A DNA stretch of 64,000 nucleotides from Candidatus Vogelbacteria bacterium RIFOXYD1_FULL_46_19 (GTDB taxonomy: Bacteria > Patescibacteriota > Minisyncoccia > Phycocordibacterales > XYD1-FULL-46-19). The stretch lies in assembly GCA_001824825.1 (NCBI GenBank), contig MHTK01000002.1, forward strand, positions 70,020-134,019, read 5' to 3'. Made by a program: the position numbers and the translations under genes. How positions within the stretch are numbered: position 1 is the first letter of the stretch; every line of letters begins with the position of its first letter. Of this stretch, positions 19,286-28,859 are shown one piece after another. The notes below the pieces were generated by a model that was given only the letters and a program-made list of their open reading frames with translations, did not search any database and had not been told where the DNA came from.

Positions 19286-20017
19286 ATGTTTAAATTTAAA
19301 TCGCTATTTAAAAACCAACCATCGGCTGTTCATTTAAATGTTCCGGCTAAAGACTTGCCCCTAGAAACTTTGACGGCCGAAGACGTGGATCAAGCCATCA
19401 AGCGCCGGATTGGCAGTATTCAGCGAGAGTTTACTCATGGTTTTAATTTCATTAAGGCTCACGGTAAATCTGTTACTTTTTTTGGTTCGGCCAGACTGTC
19501 GGCCACCGACCCCTATTATGCTAAGGCTAGAGAGTTAGGGCGGAAGTTGGCGCAAGCTGGCTATGCTGTTATTACTGGTGGTGGGCCTGGGATTATGGAG
19601 GCCGGGAATCGTGGGGCGTTTGAAGCGGGGGGAGATTCCTTGGGGTTAACTATTAAGCTACCGATGGAGCAAAGTACCAACCCTTATGTAACAGCTCACG
19701 CCGATTTCTATTACTTTTTTACCCGCAAGGTTTGTATGAGTTTTTCAGCCGAGGCCTACGTTTATTTTCCTGGCGGGTTTGGAACTTTAGATGAATTTTT
19801 TGAAATATTAACTTTGGTTCAGACAAAAAAAATTGAACGAGTACCAATAATTTTAGTTGGCACCGATTTTTGGCGACCACTCGTTACTTGGATTGATACT
19901 GAGCTTCGAAATCGTTTTAAGACTATCGATCAAGAAGATACTAATTTATATCACTTGCTTGATGATGAGCAAATGATAGTTGATCTTATAGAGGAGGTGC
20001 CGGTTAAAATTGGTTAG
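19286..20017 (+). CDS. LOG family protein (TIGR00730 Rossmann-fold nucleotide-binding, cytokinin riboside 5'-monophosphate phosphoribohydrolase-like)
   Basis: GGGPGIMEAGNRGA and PGGFGTLDEFFE motifs. Confidence 0.85.
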   Translation: MFKFKSLFKNQPSAVHLNVPAKDLPLETLTAEDVDQAIKRRIGSIQREFTHGFNFIKAHGKSVTFFGSARLSATDPYYAKARELGRKLAQAGYAVITGGGPGIMEAGNRGAFEAGGDSLGLTIKLPMEQSTNPYVTAHADFYYFFTRKVCMSFSAEAYVYFPGGFGTLDEFFEILTLVQTKKIERVPIILVGTDFWRPLVTWIDTELRNRFKTIDQEDTNLYHLLDDEQMIVDLIEEVPVKIG

Positions 20018-20025
20018 ACTGTTGG

Positions 20026-21762
20026 CTAGACACTGATTTGTTCGCGCCAAAGGGCGGAGTACAAGCCCCCGGCGATGACGAGTTCGTGATGACGTCCGGA
20101 CTCAATGATTTTACCCTTTTCAAAAACGTAGATTCGATTAGCGTGGGCAATGGTCGAGAGTCGGTGGGCAATGAGAATTGTGATCAACTTTGGTTGAGCT
20201 TGCTCTATATTTCTGATGGTATCAGTAATGGCTTTTTCAGTAATGGAGTCTAAACTAGAAGTTGCCTCGTCAAAAACAATTAAGTCTGGTTGGCGCAAGA
20301 GGGCGCGGGCGATGGCCAGACGCTGGCGCTCCCCGCCTGATAGTTTGATGCCACCCTCACCTATTTTGGTGTCTAGTTTATCACCGCGGGCTAAGATTGT
20401 TTCAGCTTGGGCTAGTTTAAGGGCCTGCATACAGTCTTCATCGTCGGCTTCGGGTTTAACGAAGAGGAGGTTGTCTCGAATGGTCCCAGCAAATAGTTGA
20501 GTTTCCTGAGCCACTAGTCCGATTCGTTGACGTAGTTTTTCAATATCCAGTTGGGGGGTGGGTATACTGTTGAAAGTAATTTGTCCCGCCGTCGGCAGAT
20601 AAAGGCCGGTTAAGAGTTTCACCATCGTGCTTTTACCTGACCCCGATGGCCCAACCAGGGCGATAGTTTCTCCGGCCGATACCTGTAGGCTGACGTTTTG
20701 GAGAACATCTTGGCCAGTAGAGCTGTAAGCCAAACTTACATTGTCATAATTAATGGTGTTTATTTGGTGTAAAGGGGTAGCTTGGTCTGGTTTGGGGGTA
20801 GGCGGTAGAGATAACAAATTATCAAGTTGAGCCAAGCTGGCCCGGGCCTCCTGATAACTTGAAGCTACCGTTCCTAATTGGGAGAGGGGCATAAAGATGG
20901 CAAACGAGTAAAAAAGTAAACTAAAAAATTCTCCCAAAGTAATACTGCCACGGAAGATGAGCCAAAGCATTAGGAGCATTAAACCGGAGCGGAGAGCGTT
21001 AATTAAAGTTCCTTGGATAAAGTCTAGCGACCGCACCAGTTTCACTTTTTTTAGTTCAAGCTCTAAAATGGCATCATTGGTGCTATTAAGGCGCTTAATT
21101 TCCTGATTTTCTAGGCCGAGACTTTTAACTAGTTCCACATTACGTAGAGTTTCGGTGGTGGCTCCGGATAGCATGGCAGTTTCCTGAACAATTCTTTGCT
21201 GAGCCTCTTTGATTTTGCGGCTTAAAATAAAAGTGGCCATACCCAAGCTGGGCACAATCAGAAAGTAAACTAAACCGATTAAGGGATGAACATAAGTCGC
21301 GTAAATTAAAACGAAAATCATTCCAACTAAAGACAGAAATAAAATATTGATGGCATTGGTGATCAGTAACTGAGAGTCGGCCCTAGCTTTTTGTAGTTTG
21401 TTTAATAGCTCACCTGATCTTTCGTCTTCAAAGACAGCATAAGGCAAAGAGAAGGCATGGGCTACGCTTTTGGCATACAAGCGGTTGCCGGAGCGCTGGG
21501 TGATAACATTGACATAATAATCTTGAAAGGCCTTGGCGACACGGGAGATAAAAGCTACCGCGACTACACCTAAGAGTAGTAAGCCCACTCCCCTGATGAA
21601 ATCGGCTGGGGCTAATTCACCCGGTCTGGTGGCGTAGTTGTCCACTATTAAGCGAAAAAGTTGAGGGTCCAAAAGGGAAAAAACCTGATTGATAGTAGCC
21701 AGGATTAAGGCTCCAATCAACAAAGGTTTATGATTAATTAGTTCTGCCCACAAAAGTTTCAT
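20026..21762 (-). CDS. ABC transporter ATP-binding/permease fusion (MsbA-like exporter)
   Basis: 6-TM N-terminal domain, Walker A GPSGSGKST, signature LSGGERQRLAIARAL, Walker B LIVFDEATS. Confidence 0.9.
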   Translation of the reverse strand: MKLLWAELINHKPLLIGALILATINQVFSLLDPQLFRLIVDNYATRPGELAPADFIRGVGLLLLGVVAVAFISRVAKAFQDYYVNVITQRSGNRLYAKSVAHAFSLPYAVFEDERSGELLNKLQKARADSQLLITNAINILFLSLVGMIFVLIYATYVHPLIGLVYFLIVPSLGMATFILSRKIKEAQQRIVQETAMLSGATTETLRNVELVKSLGLENQEIKRLNSTNDAILELELKKVKLVRSLDFIQGTLINALRSGLMLLMLWLIFRGSITLGEFFSLLFYSFAIFMPLSQLGTVASSYQEARASLAQLDNLLSLPPTPKPDQATPLHQINTINYDNVSLAYSSTGQDVLQNVSLQVSAGETIALVGPSGSGKSTMVKLLTGLYLPTAGQITFNSIPTPQLDIEKLRQRIGLVAQETQLFAGTIRDNLLFVKPEADDEDCMQALKLAQAETILARGDKLDTKIGEGGIKLSGGERQRLAIARALLRQPDLIVFDEATSSLDSITEKAITDTIRNIEQAQPKLITILIAHRLSTIAHANRIYVFEKGKIIESGRHHELVIAGGLYSALWREQISV

Positions 21763-21892
21763 AATTTGAAAGTAAAGTTAATCCAATTACTAGTTAGACA
21801 ATACTAACATAAAGACCTCGAGCCGGGCGAGAGCGATGGTTATGATTTGTAGTTTAGTAGTAAAAAATTAATTAAAAGAGTGAAATTACAGA

Positions 21893-23431
21893 TTAGTTTT
21901 GAATTTTCGGGCGATATGATAGCGCTTCCAAGAGATGTGGTTCTTTAATGTTCTTCTCTTGATCTAAGTCGGCAATGGTCCGGGCCAGCTTGATGACCCG
22001 ATGATAAGCTCTGGCCGATAAGCCCAAGCGGCCCGCTGACCGATTTAGTAGATTTTCTAAGTCAGCTGACAGTGGGGCTAAAGCTTTGATATGACGATTA
22101 GACATTTCGGCATTAGTGGTGAGACCGCTGTCTTTAAGACGGGCCGCTTGAAGCTGGCGGGCGGCCATTACTTGATGTTGAAGGGTTGTGGAACTTTCTG
22201 TTTCGTTACTTCTTAACAAATCCTCGTGCTTTACTTCTGCCACGTGCAACCAAACATCGATGCGGTCGATAATCGGGCCGGATAATTTTCGCTCATAACG
22301 GTTTAGCGCTTGAGGGCCACAAACACACTCGCGTTGTCGGGAACCGCGCCAGCCACAAGGGCAAGGATTCATAGCGGCCACTAAAATAAACCTAGCCGGA
22401 AACTCCAAGCTGTGTTTGGCCCGGGCCACGGTAATTTTACGATCCTCCAAGGGTTGCCGGAGGGACTCAATCACCCGCTTATCAAATTCGGCAAACTCAT
22501 CGAGAAATAAAACACCGTGATGGGCCAAGGTGATTTCTCCGGGTTTAGGCGTGGCACCTCCACCGACTAAAGCCACATAACTGCTGGTGTGATGAGGGGC
22601 ACGAAAGGGTGGGGTGGTCACCAAGCCGCGACTGGTCCCAGCTGCTGAGTGAATACCGGTTGTCTCTAGTATTTCCGCTAAAGATAATGGAGGTAAAATG
22701 CCAGTAAAAGCTCGAGCCAACATGGTTTTGCCGGTGCCCGGTGGCCCAAACATCGCCACATTGTGGCCACCGGCGGCCGCAATCACGAGACCTCGCTTAG
22801 CGGCGGTCTGACTTTTAACTTCGGAAAAATCTATTTCGGCTTTGGGGGCAACGGTTTTAAGTCTGGTCGGTCTGGTGGGTTTAAGGTCAAAATTAAGTTC
22901 AGTGTTTTGGTCGGGTTTGGACGATAAGTGGGCGGTAACCTCTTTTAAGGTGGAACAAGGTCTGACAATAATACCACTAATCAAGGCTGCTTCTCGGGCA
23001 TTGGCGGCCGGTACAAATATTTCACTAAAGCCGGCAGCTTGCGCTTTCTGGGTTAAAAACAAGATTCCCCGTACCGGTCGAATCTGTCCGTCTAGAGCCA
23101 GTTCCCCAATAAATATTTTGTCCTCGGAATTAAAATCTATTTCTTTGGTGGCTTTCAAATAAGCGAGGGCCATGCCTAGGTCAAAGTGGGTGCCACTTTT
23201 TTTCAAGTCAGCTGGCGACAAAGAAATAATGACCTTGCGGTTTCCGCGGGCGGGCGCTTTAAAGCCGGAGTTTTTAATGGCGGCGTTCAAGCGGTCTTTA
23301 GCCTCTTCTACGGCTTTATCCGGCAGGCCGACTAGAGAAAACGAGTGTAGGCCTTTGCCGATATCCACTTCAATACCAATAACATCGGCCACGAGGCCGA
23401 TGAGTTGAACTGAATTAGTTGTCGCAAACAT
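21893..23431 (-). CDS. comM: YifB/ComM family Mg-chelatase-like AAA+ ATPase
   Basis: N-terminal Lon-like domain, Walker A GPPGTGKT, VLFLDEF, C-terminal ChlI-like region. Confidence 0.85.
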   Translation of the reverse strand: MFATTNSVQLIGLVADVIGIEVDIGKGLHSFSLVGLPDKAVEEAKDRLNAAIKNSGFKAPARGNRKVIISLSPADLKKSGTHFDLGMALAYLKATKEIDFNSEDKIFIGELALDGQIRPVRGILFLTQKAQAAGFSEIFVPAANAREAALISGIIVRPCSTLKEVTAHLSSKPDQNTELNFDLKPTRPTRLKTVAPKAEIDFSEVKSQTAAKRGLVIAAAGGHNVAMFGPPGTGKTMLARAFTGILPPLSLAEILETTGIHSAAGTSRGLVTTPPFRAPHHTSSYVALVGGGATPKPGEITLAHHGVLFLDEFAEFDKRVIESLRQPLEDRKITVARAKHSLEFPARFILVAAMNPCPCGWRGSRQRECVCGPQALNRYERKLSGPIIDRIDVWLHVAEVKHEDLLRSNETESSTTLQHQVMAARQLQAARLKDSGLTTNAEMSNRHIKALAPLSADLENLLNRSAGRLGLSARAYHRVIKLARTIADLDQEKNIKEPHLLEALSYRPKIQN

Positions 23432-23440
23432 AGAGAGGGT

Positions 23441-23809
23441 TTAGGCTCCGACGTGAGCCAGACAAGTGGTGGCGGCCGGGTTGGCCTCGAGGCGGGCCGG
23501 TTCGATCTCACCGCCACAGACCTCACATAGGCCGAACTGATCTTGGGCGAGGCGGTCCAGAGCTTTTTCTACTTCAGCCAAACTGCCCCCCAGGGCTGCT
23601 TCCTGACTTTGGCGTTCCTCCATATCTTCTAGTCGGTCGGCTACCTCGTCTCTGGTTTCAACAGGTTGGTCTTTTTCGGAAGCCATCGTACTCCACTCTT
23701 CTGGCTCGACATGAGTCTCATTAGTGGCGATACTTTTTAAGTCTGCCTCTAGTCGCTCTTTTTCGGCTAATAATTTTTGTTGATAGTGGTTTAAGTCAGT
23801 CATGGTCAA
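23441..23809 (-). CDS. DksA/TraR-family C4 zinc-finger protein
   Basis: C-terminal CEVCGGEIEPARLEANPAATTC four-Cys motif preceded by acidic coiled-coil. Confidence 0.75.
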   Translation of the reverse strand: MTMTDLNHYQQKLLAEKERLEADLKSIATNETHVEPEEWSTMASEKDQPVETRDEVADRLEDMEERQSQEAALGGSLAEVEKALDRLAQDQFGLCEVCGGEIEPARLEANPAATTCLAHVGA

Positions 23810-23842
23810 TTAATGGTAGCACTATGTTTAAGGCTAATCAAG

Positions 23843-25138
23843 CTACTGGGTAGCCGTGGCTTTACCTCTTTCATAGGCACTTTGGACCTTAAAAAAGGCC
23901 TCCGGGCTTTCCGTAAACACTAAGGTTTTACGGTCTAAAAAGGCGTATAAGGCGATTACTTCCCCAGCGCTGTTTTTAATCACTCGAGTATCAAGGTTGT
24001 TGATTATTTGGTCCTCAAAAGGTTGGAAACGGATAGCGAAAGTATTTTCTGGTGGGGCCAACTTGCCAAACAGGGCGTGAGTGATCAGGCTGCCTTCGCG
24101 CAGCAAAATATCAAAGGTGTGTTCAAAACTGCGGGTCGTGAAAATAAAAATATGGGATTGATTTTGGCCCGGGGCATCATAAACAGCTGTCATAAATTTC
24201 GGTTCTAAAAAGTGAACAAAGTCAGCTGGTAGTCCGAGATTGGCCTGGGCCAGGAAATCTATGACCGGTAGCACCTCGGTTATTTTTCGGCCATCTTCGG
24301 TTGAGGTGGTGGTAGTAAAATAAATATCAATGAGAGATTCGCGGCTAGGGACCCCACGCCAGGCGGTCGCGAGGGCTGACATTATTTCATCTGGGGTTAG
24401 GCCGTCGATAGCAATAACCCGTTGGTCCTCGGCAAACACTAGCGGTACGACCATTTCAGCCTTAACACCGGCCAGACGCTTGGAGTAGACATGATAGGCC
24501 CCATAGGCGACAACCAAGCTACCAGCTAAAAAAGCTAGACCCAACAACCAAACCGCCAGAGATAAGCGAGTTTTTTTACGGGTTGCCGCCGTAGCCCGAG
24601 ACGACTTACTCAATTCTTGTTCTTTAGCCTGCAGGGCAAGCTTGGCTTCACTGGTGCCGGTAGCTCCTAAGTTAGAAAAAATATCAGTTGAAAAAGTACG
24701 CCCTTTGGCCAGTTCAGGGGGCGCGGAAGCTATCGCTGTCATTTCTTTTTTAGCCTCATTGATTTGTTCGCGGTATTTATCCCACTGGCCTGGTGGTGGG
24801 GCGGTAATGGGAATTTCCGGGTGGCCCTTTTGGGCGGCTAAAATTTCCCGCTTTTTTTTAACTATCTCAATTTGTTGCTGACGCAGAAGTTCTTCTCGTT
24901 CTTTTTTCTGGACTAGTTCCCTTTCTCGCCGCCGCTCGGCCCCCTCCATAGCGTGACGGGCTTCACTCCTTTTTTCGTTAAGTTCACCCCCGGCGTTAGT
25001 GGGTCCGCTAGCGTCCCCTACCTCGGTAGAATCAACTGAAAAAAACTGATCAGGTTCAGTTTTTTTTGGTTTCGCCCGACCGGCACTCATGGCTTGCCTG
25101 GCGGCTTGTCTTTTTTGTTCTAAATCGGCGTCGGACAT
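23843..25138 (-). CDS. hypothetical single-pass membrane protein with charged coiled-coil N-terminus
   Basis: 431 aa; K/E/R-rich N-terminal 180 aa, TM LSLAVWLLGLAFLAGSLVVAYGAY, 215-aa C-terminal domain. Confidence 0.5.
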   Translation of the reverse strand: MSDADLEQKRQAARQAMSAGRAKPKKTEPDQFFSVDSTEVGDASGPTNAGGELNEKRSEARHAMEGAERRRERELVQKKEREELLRQQQIEIVKKKREILAAQKGHPEIPITAPPPGQWDKYREQINEAKKEMTAIASAPPELAKGRTFSTDIFSNLGATGTSEAKLALQAKEQELSKSSRATAATRKKTRLSLAVWLLGLAFLAGSLVVAYGAYHVYSKRLAGVKAEMVVPLVFAEDQRVIAIDGLTPDEIMSALATAWRGVPSRESLIDIYFTTTTSTEDGRKITEVLPVIDFLAQANLGLPADFVHFLEPKFMTAVYDAPGQNQSHIFIFTTRSFEHTFDILLREGSLITHALFGKLAPPENTFAIRFQPFEDQIINNLDTRVIKNSAGEVIALYAFLDRKTLVFTESPEAFFKVQSAYERGKATATQ

Positions 25139-25176
25139 AATTTAAATTACTTGACCGTGGGTCGCCTAACTTCGTT

Positions 25177-26436
25177 CTACTTTAACCAAGGAAAAGTTTT
25201 TTTGGCTTCCTTGATTTGTTCTGGCGAGAGTGAACTGCCTTGGCCAGCCACATCTTCTTTAAAAGTGCGAAGTTTAGGTAAGTCGCTGGTTTCGTTTGGC
25301 AAGAAAGGTGGTACGTCTATTTCGTCTTGATTGGTTTTAGAATTTACCCCAGAGATATTTCCCTCAATCTTGACGGCGGAAGCCTCCGGGTCGGGAGTGT
25401 TGCCCGCTTTATTTTCAGTGCCAGTGTTGGGGATACTTATTGTTTCAGCTTTTGGATTGGGATTTGGTTCGGAAGGAGTCGTTGTCTGAGTTGGGGTGGC
25501 CGCGGCTTTAGCTTTTTGTATAGCCTCCTGGCGTTTCATTTCTAGGTCGGCACGTATTTTTTGTTCGAGCGCATTTTTTTGGGCTTGGGCTAAAGCTTGT
25601 TTTTGAACTTCGGCCTGACGCTGTTTTTCGGCGGTAGCCTGCTCGGCCGCCTTCGCTTCATCCTCAGCTTTTTTACGAGCTAAGAGTTCGGCCCGTGCCC
25701 GTTCCCGTTTGTCGGCTTCCAACGCTTCAGCTTCTTGGCGCCGTTTTTGTTCCGCTTCTATTTGTTTAGTTTGTTCGTCTGCCTGTTGACGTTCTTCTTC
25801 CAGTCGTACTTTTTCTTTAGCGGCTTGAACTTCATACTCTAAATTTTCAATTTGTTTATTAATGACATCTTCTTCATCCAAAAGTTTCTGATAGGCATCG
25901 GTATTTTTTTTGAGGTCAGCTTCAATGACCAGAACTTTATTTTCTAGTTCCCATTTACGTTTTTCTAAATCTTTTCTTTTATCTTGAACAGCCCAACGTT
26001 TTTTTTCAAATTGCTGTCGTTCGGTTACATCGCTGGTGGTGTGTTCCTCACCTTCTAAAACGTCTTCTTCTAATTCGATTTTTTCTTCTTCCTGTTTGAT
26101 TGGTGTCAATAGAGTTTCGAGTTCACTTTGTTTGCCGCTCAACACCACCCAGTTGATCTCCAATTTTTCTTTTTGCTTGCCGATGAAACTGAGTTGTTTT
26201 TCCAGTTTTGAATTCTCATCCCTAACTTTTTTTTCAGTTTCTTCTTCCTCACGTTTAACCGTTCGCTCCGGGCCTTCCATGGCGAGTCGGGCGGCTTCTA
26301 GTTTGTCTTTAAAATTTTCCGGTTCGATCGGGTTAGCTGCCGGCTCGTTCGTCGTCGGTGTAGTTGGTTCTGTTGTAACTGGATCGTTCATACTTTGTTC
26401 CCCGTCATTTTTTGGTAAAGTGTTTTCGTCTGACAT
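25177..26436 (-). CDS. hypothetical E/K/Q-rich coiled-coil protein
   Basis: 419 aa, low-complexity charged repeats, T/P-rich N-terminus. Confidence 0.5.
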   Translation of the reverse strand: MSDENTLPKNDGEQSMNDPVTTEPTTPTTNEPAANPIEPENFKDKLEAARLAMEGPERTVKREEEETEKKVRDENSKLEKQLSFIGKQKEKLEINWVVLSGKQSELETLLTPIKQEEEKIELEEDVLEGEEHTTSDVTERQQFEKKRWAVQDKRKDLEKRKWELENKVLVIEADLKKNTDAYQKLLDEEDVINKQIENLEYEVQAAKEKVRLEEERQQADEQTKQIEAEQKRRQEAEALEADKRERARAELLARKKAEDEAKAAEQATAEKQRQAEVQKQALAQAQKNALEQKIRADLEMKRQEAIQKAKAAATPTQTTTPSEPNPNPKAETISIPNTGTENKAGNTPDPEASAVKIEGNISGVNSKTNQDEIDVPPFLPNETSDLPKLRTFKEDVAGQGSSLSPEQIKEAKKTFPWLK

Positions 26437-26535
26437 TGTTTACATTATAAAGATAACGCCGCTCTTATACTAGCGGCGTTATCAATTCTTTTGTGAATTA
26501 CTAGTGAAACAGCTCATCTGTTAAAATTGTGCTTT

Positions 26536-28653
26536 TTAAGCAGTAGTTGATGATGGCTTGATAAAGTCTGGATCTGCTTTTTTAATCGAGAGATTGATGC
26601 GGTTTTGATTATCGATTTCTTTGATGACGACTGGCACTGCTTGCCCGACAGCTAAGTGGTCGCCCACTTTGTCGACGCGGAAGGTGGCAATTTCGGAAAC
26701 ATGCACCAGACCTTCAGTGTCGGGACCAATTTTTACAAAGGCCCCAAAGTCCATTAAGCGTGTAACTGTACCGGTGAAACGTTCACCAGCTTGGTATTCG
26801 TGCGTTAAATCGCTGATGATTTTTTTAGCTTGTTCAGGTCCGTCGCCACGACCGGTAATGAAGACCGTGCCGTCTTCCTCAATATTTATTTCAGCCCCCG
26901 TCTCGTCGCTGATTTTATGAATCATTTTGCCGCCGGGGCCAATTACTAAACCAATTTTCGATACCGGAATAGTAAGGGTGGTAATGCGCGGGGCTGATTC
27001 TTTTAGGGCGGTGCGAGGGGTGGCAATAGCCGCGGTGATTTTGTCTAAAATATGCAGGCGCGCGGCTTTCGCTCCGGCGAGGGCTTCCACTAAAATAGGT
27101 ATCGGTATACCGTCGACTTTAATATCGAGTTGAATTCCGGTGACCCCTTCGGAGGTACCGGCCACTTTAAAGTCCATATCACCATGATGGTCTTCTGGTC
27201 CTTGAATGTCGGTTAACACTTTGTAATTTTTCTCGGTGTCAAAAAACAAACCCATGGCAATCCCGGCGACCGGCCGCGTGATGGGTACCCCACCATCCAT
27301 CAAAGCTAGAGTGGAAGCACAAACTGAACCCATGGACGTGGAACCGTTCGACGCGAGGGCCTCGGATACTAAGCGAATGGTGTAAGGAAAAGTTTCACGG
27401 TTGGGCAACACGGCGACGAGTGATTTTTCGGCGAGTGCCCCGTGGCCAATGGCCCGGCGATTCATCCCACCCAAGCGCCCGGTTTCGCCCACGGAAAATG
27501 GTGGGAAGTTGTAGTGGTGCATGAAGTATTTTTTACCTTGCGTTTCAATGTCTTCAATCAGTTGTGAATCTTGTGGACCGGATAAAGTTAAAACCGACAA
27601 GATGTGGGTGCCGCCACGATAAAAAATTCCGGTGCCGTGGACCACTTCGGTTAGCCCGCCGGCTTGCGCAAAAATCGGCCGCACTTCATCTAAGACGCGA
27701 CCGTCAGCGCGCCGACTGTTAGACAAAGCTTCGGTGTGCAAGACTTCATTAATTTTTTCATCCAAGAATCTAAGACCCTCTCCAACTTGGTCGGGGGCTT
27801 CAGTTTTTAAAATTTCTTTCCAGGTGGCAGCTAGTTCCCCCATTAAACCTTTACCTGGTGTACCGGAAAAAACATGATCGATTAATTTAGGAGCGATATA
27901 CTGGTCAAACAATTTACTAACGATGGCGCTAGTTTCCGGCCAGGTGACCGGGACTTTAGTTTTGCCGACGGCGGCAATAATTTCCGTTTGCCATGATTGT
28001 AGTTTTTCAATTTCTGTTACCGCCTGCTCGAAAGCGCGCGCTAAAATATCTTCTGTCACTTCGCGCGCTTCGGCTTCGATCATGTTAATATTTTTATTTT
28101 TTCCGCAGACCAGTAAGTCGAGTGCCAAGTCACCATTTTCGGTGTTGGCGGGATTGACGGTGAAGTTGGCAAGCTCGCCCGACTTTAGGCCGAGACGGAC
28201 CGCGGACACCGGACCGTTCCACGGAATGTCGGAAGTAGCGAGTGCTAGTGACGCTCCTAAAATGGCCGGCACCGACGGATCGTTTTTGTCATCAATCGAT
28301 AACACGGTGGCAATGACTTGTATCTCTTGGCGCAAGCGGTCGTCGAACAACGGGCGGATAGTGCGGTCGATCATCCGACCAGTGAGCACTGCTTCTTCAC
28401 TTGGTCGGCCTTCTCTTTTTATAAAACGACTGCCTAAAATTTTACCGACGGCGTAAAACTTTTCTTCGTAGTCGACAGTTAGGGGGAAGTAGTCGATATC
28501 GTCGCGACTCTTCACGCCCATCACGGCTGTCACTAAAACGACAGTGTCCCCCAACCGCACCATCACCGAGCCGTTGGCTTGGTCGGCCAAGTCGGAAAAA
28601 GTAGCGGTGAGTTTACTACCTCCCAACTCCGTGGCAAATTCTTTGGTTTGCAT
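26536..28653 (-). CDS. pnp: polyribonucleotide nucleotidyltransferase (PNPase)
   Basis: Two RNase PH domains, KH (GPGGKMIHKI) and S1 domains; start assigned to MQTKEF (internal Met of ORF 26536..28686). Confidence 0.9.
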   Translation of the reverse strand: MQTKEFATELGGSKLTATFSDLADQANGSVMVRLGDTVVLVTAVMGVKSRDDIDYFPLTVDYEEKFYAVGKILGSRFIKREGRPSEEAVLTGRMIDRTIRPLFDDRLRQEIQVIATVLSIDDKNDPSVPAILGASLALATSDIPWNGPVSAVRLGLKSGELANFTVNPANTENGDLALDLLVCGKNKNINMIEAEAREVTEDILARAFEQAVTEIEKLQSWQTEIIAAVGKTKVPVTWPETSAIVSKLFDQYIAPKLIDHVFSGTPGKGLMGELAATWKEILKTEAPDQVGEGLRFLDEKINEVLHTEALSNSRRADGRVLDEVRPIFAQAGGLTEVVHGTGIFYRGGTHILSVLTLSGPQDSQLIEDIETQGKKYFMHHYNFPPFSVGETGRLGGMNRRAIGHGALAEKSLVAVLPNRETFPYTIRLVSEALASNGSTSMGSVCASTLALMDGGVPITRPVAGIAMGLFFDTEKNYKVLTDIQGPEDHHGDMDFKVAGTSEGVTGIQLDIKVDGIPIPILVEALAGAKAARLHILDKITAAIATPRTALKESAPRITTLTIPVSKIGLVIGPGGKMIHKISDETGAEINIEEDGTVFITGRGDGPEQAKKIISDLTHEYQAGERFTGTVTRLMDFGAFVKIGPDTEGLVHVSEIATFRVDKVGDHLAVGQAVPVVIKEIDNQNRINLSIKKADPDFIKPSSTTA

Positions 28654-28859
28654 ATTTAAAATTGGCGCTCGCGGACAGATCGCCAAGTCGAACGGTTGCC
28701 CGTTAGAGTCTGGTTATCTGACCACCAGCAGATTAGGAATAATTGACCATAAATTACCACACCTCCCCCAAAAGAAAAAGCCACATGAAGGACAAAGAAC
28801 TTTTTGGTTCAAGTGCCTAACACCCGGCGGCGGTCTTTGGCATGTGGGGTATGGTTTAG

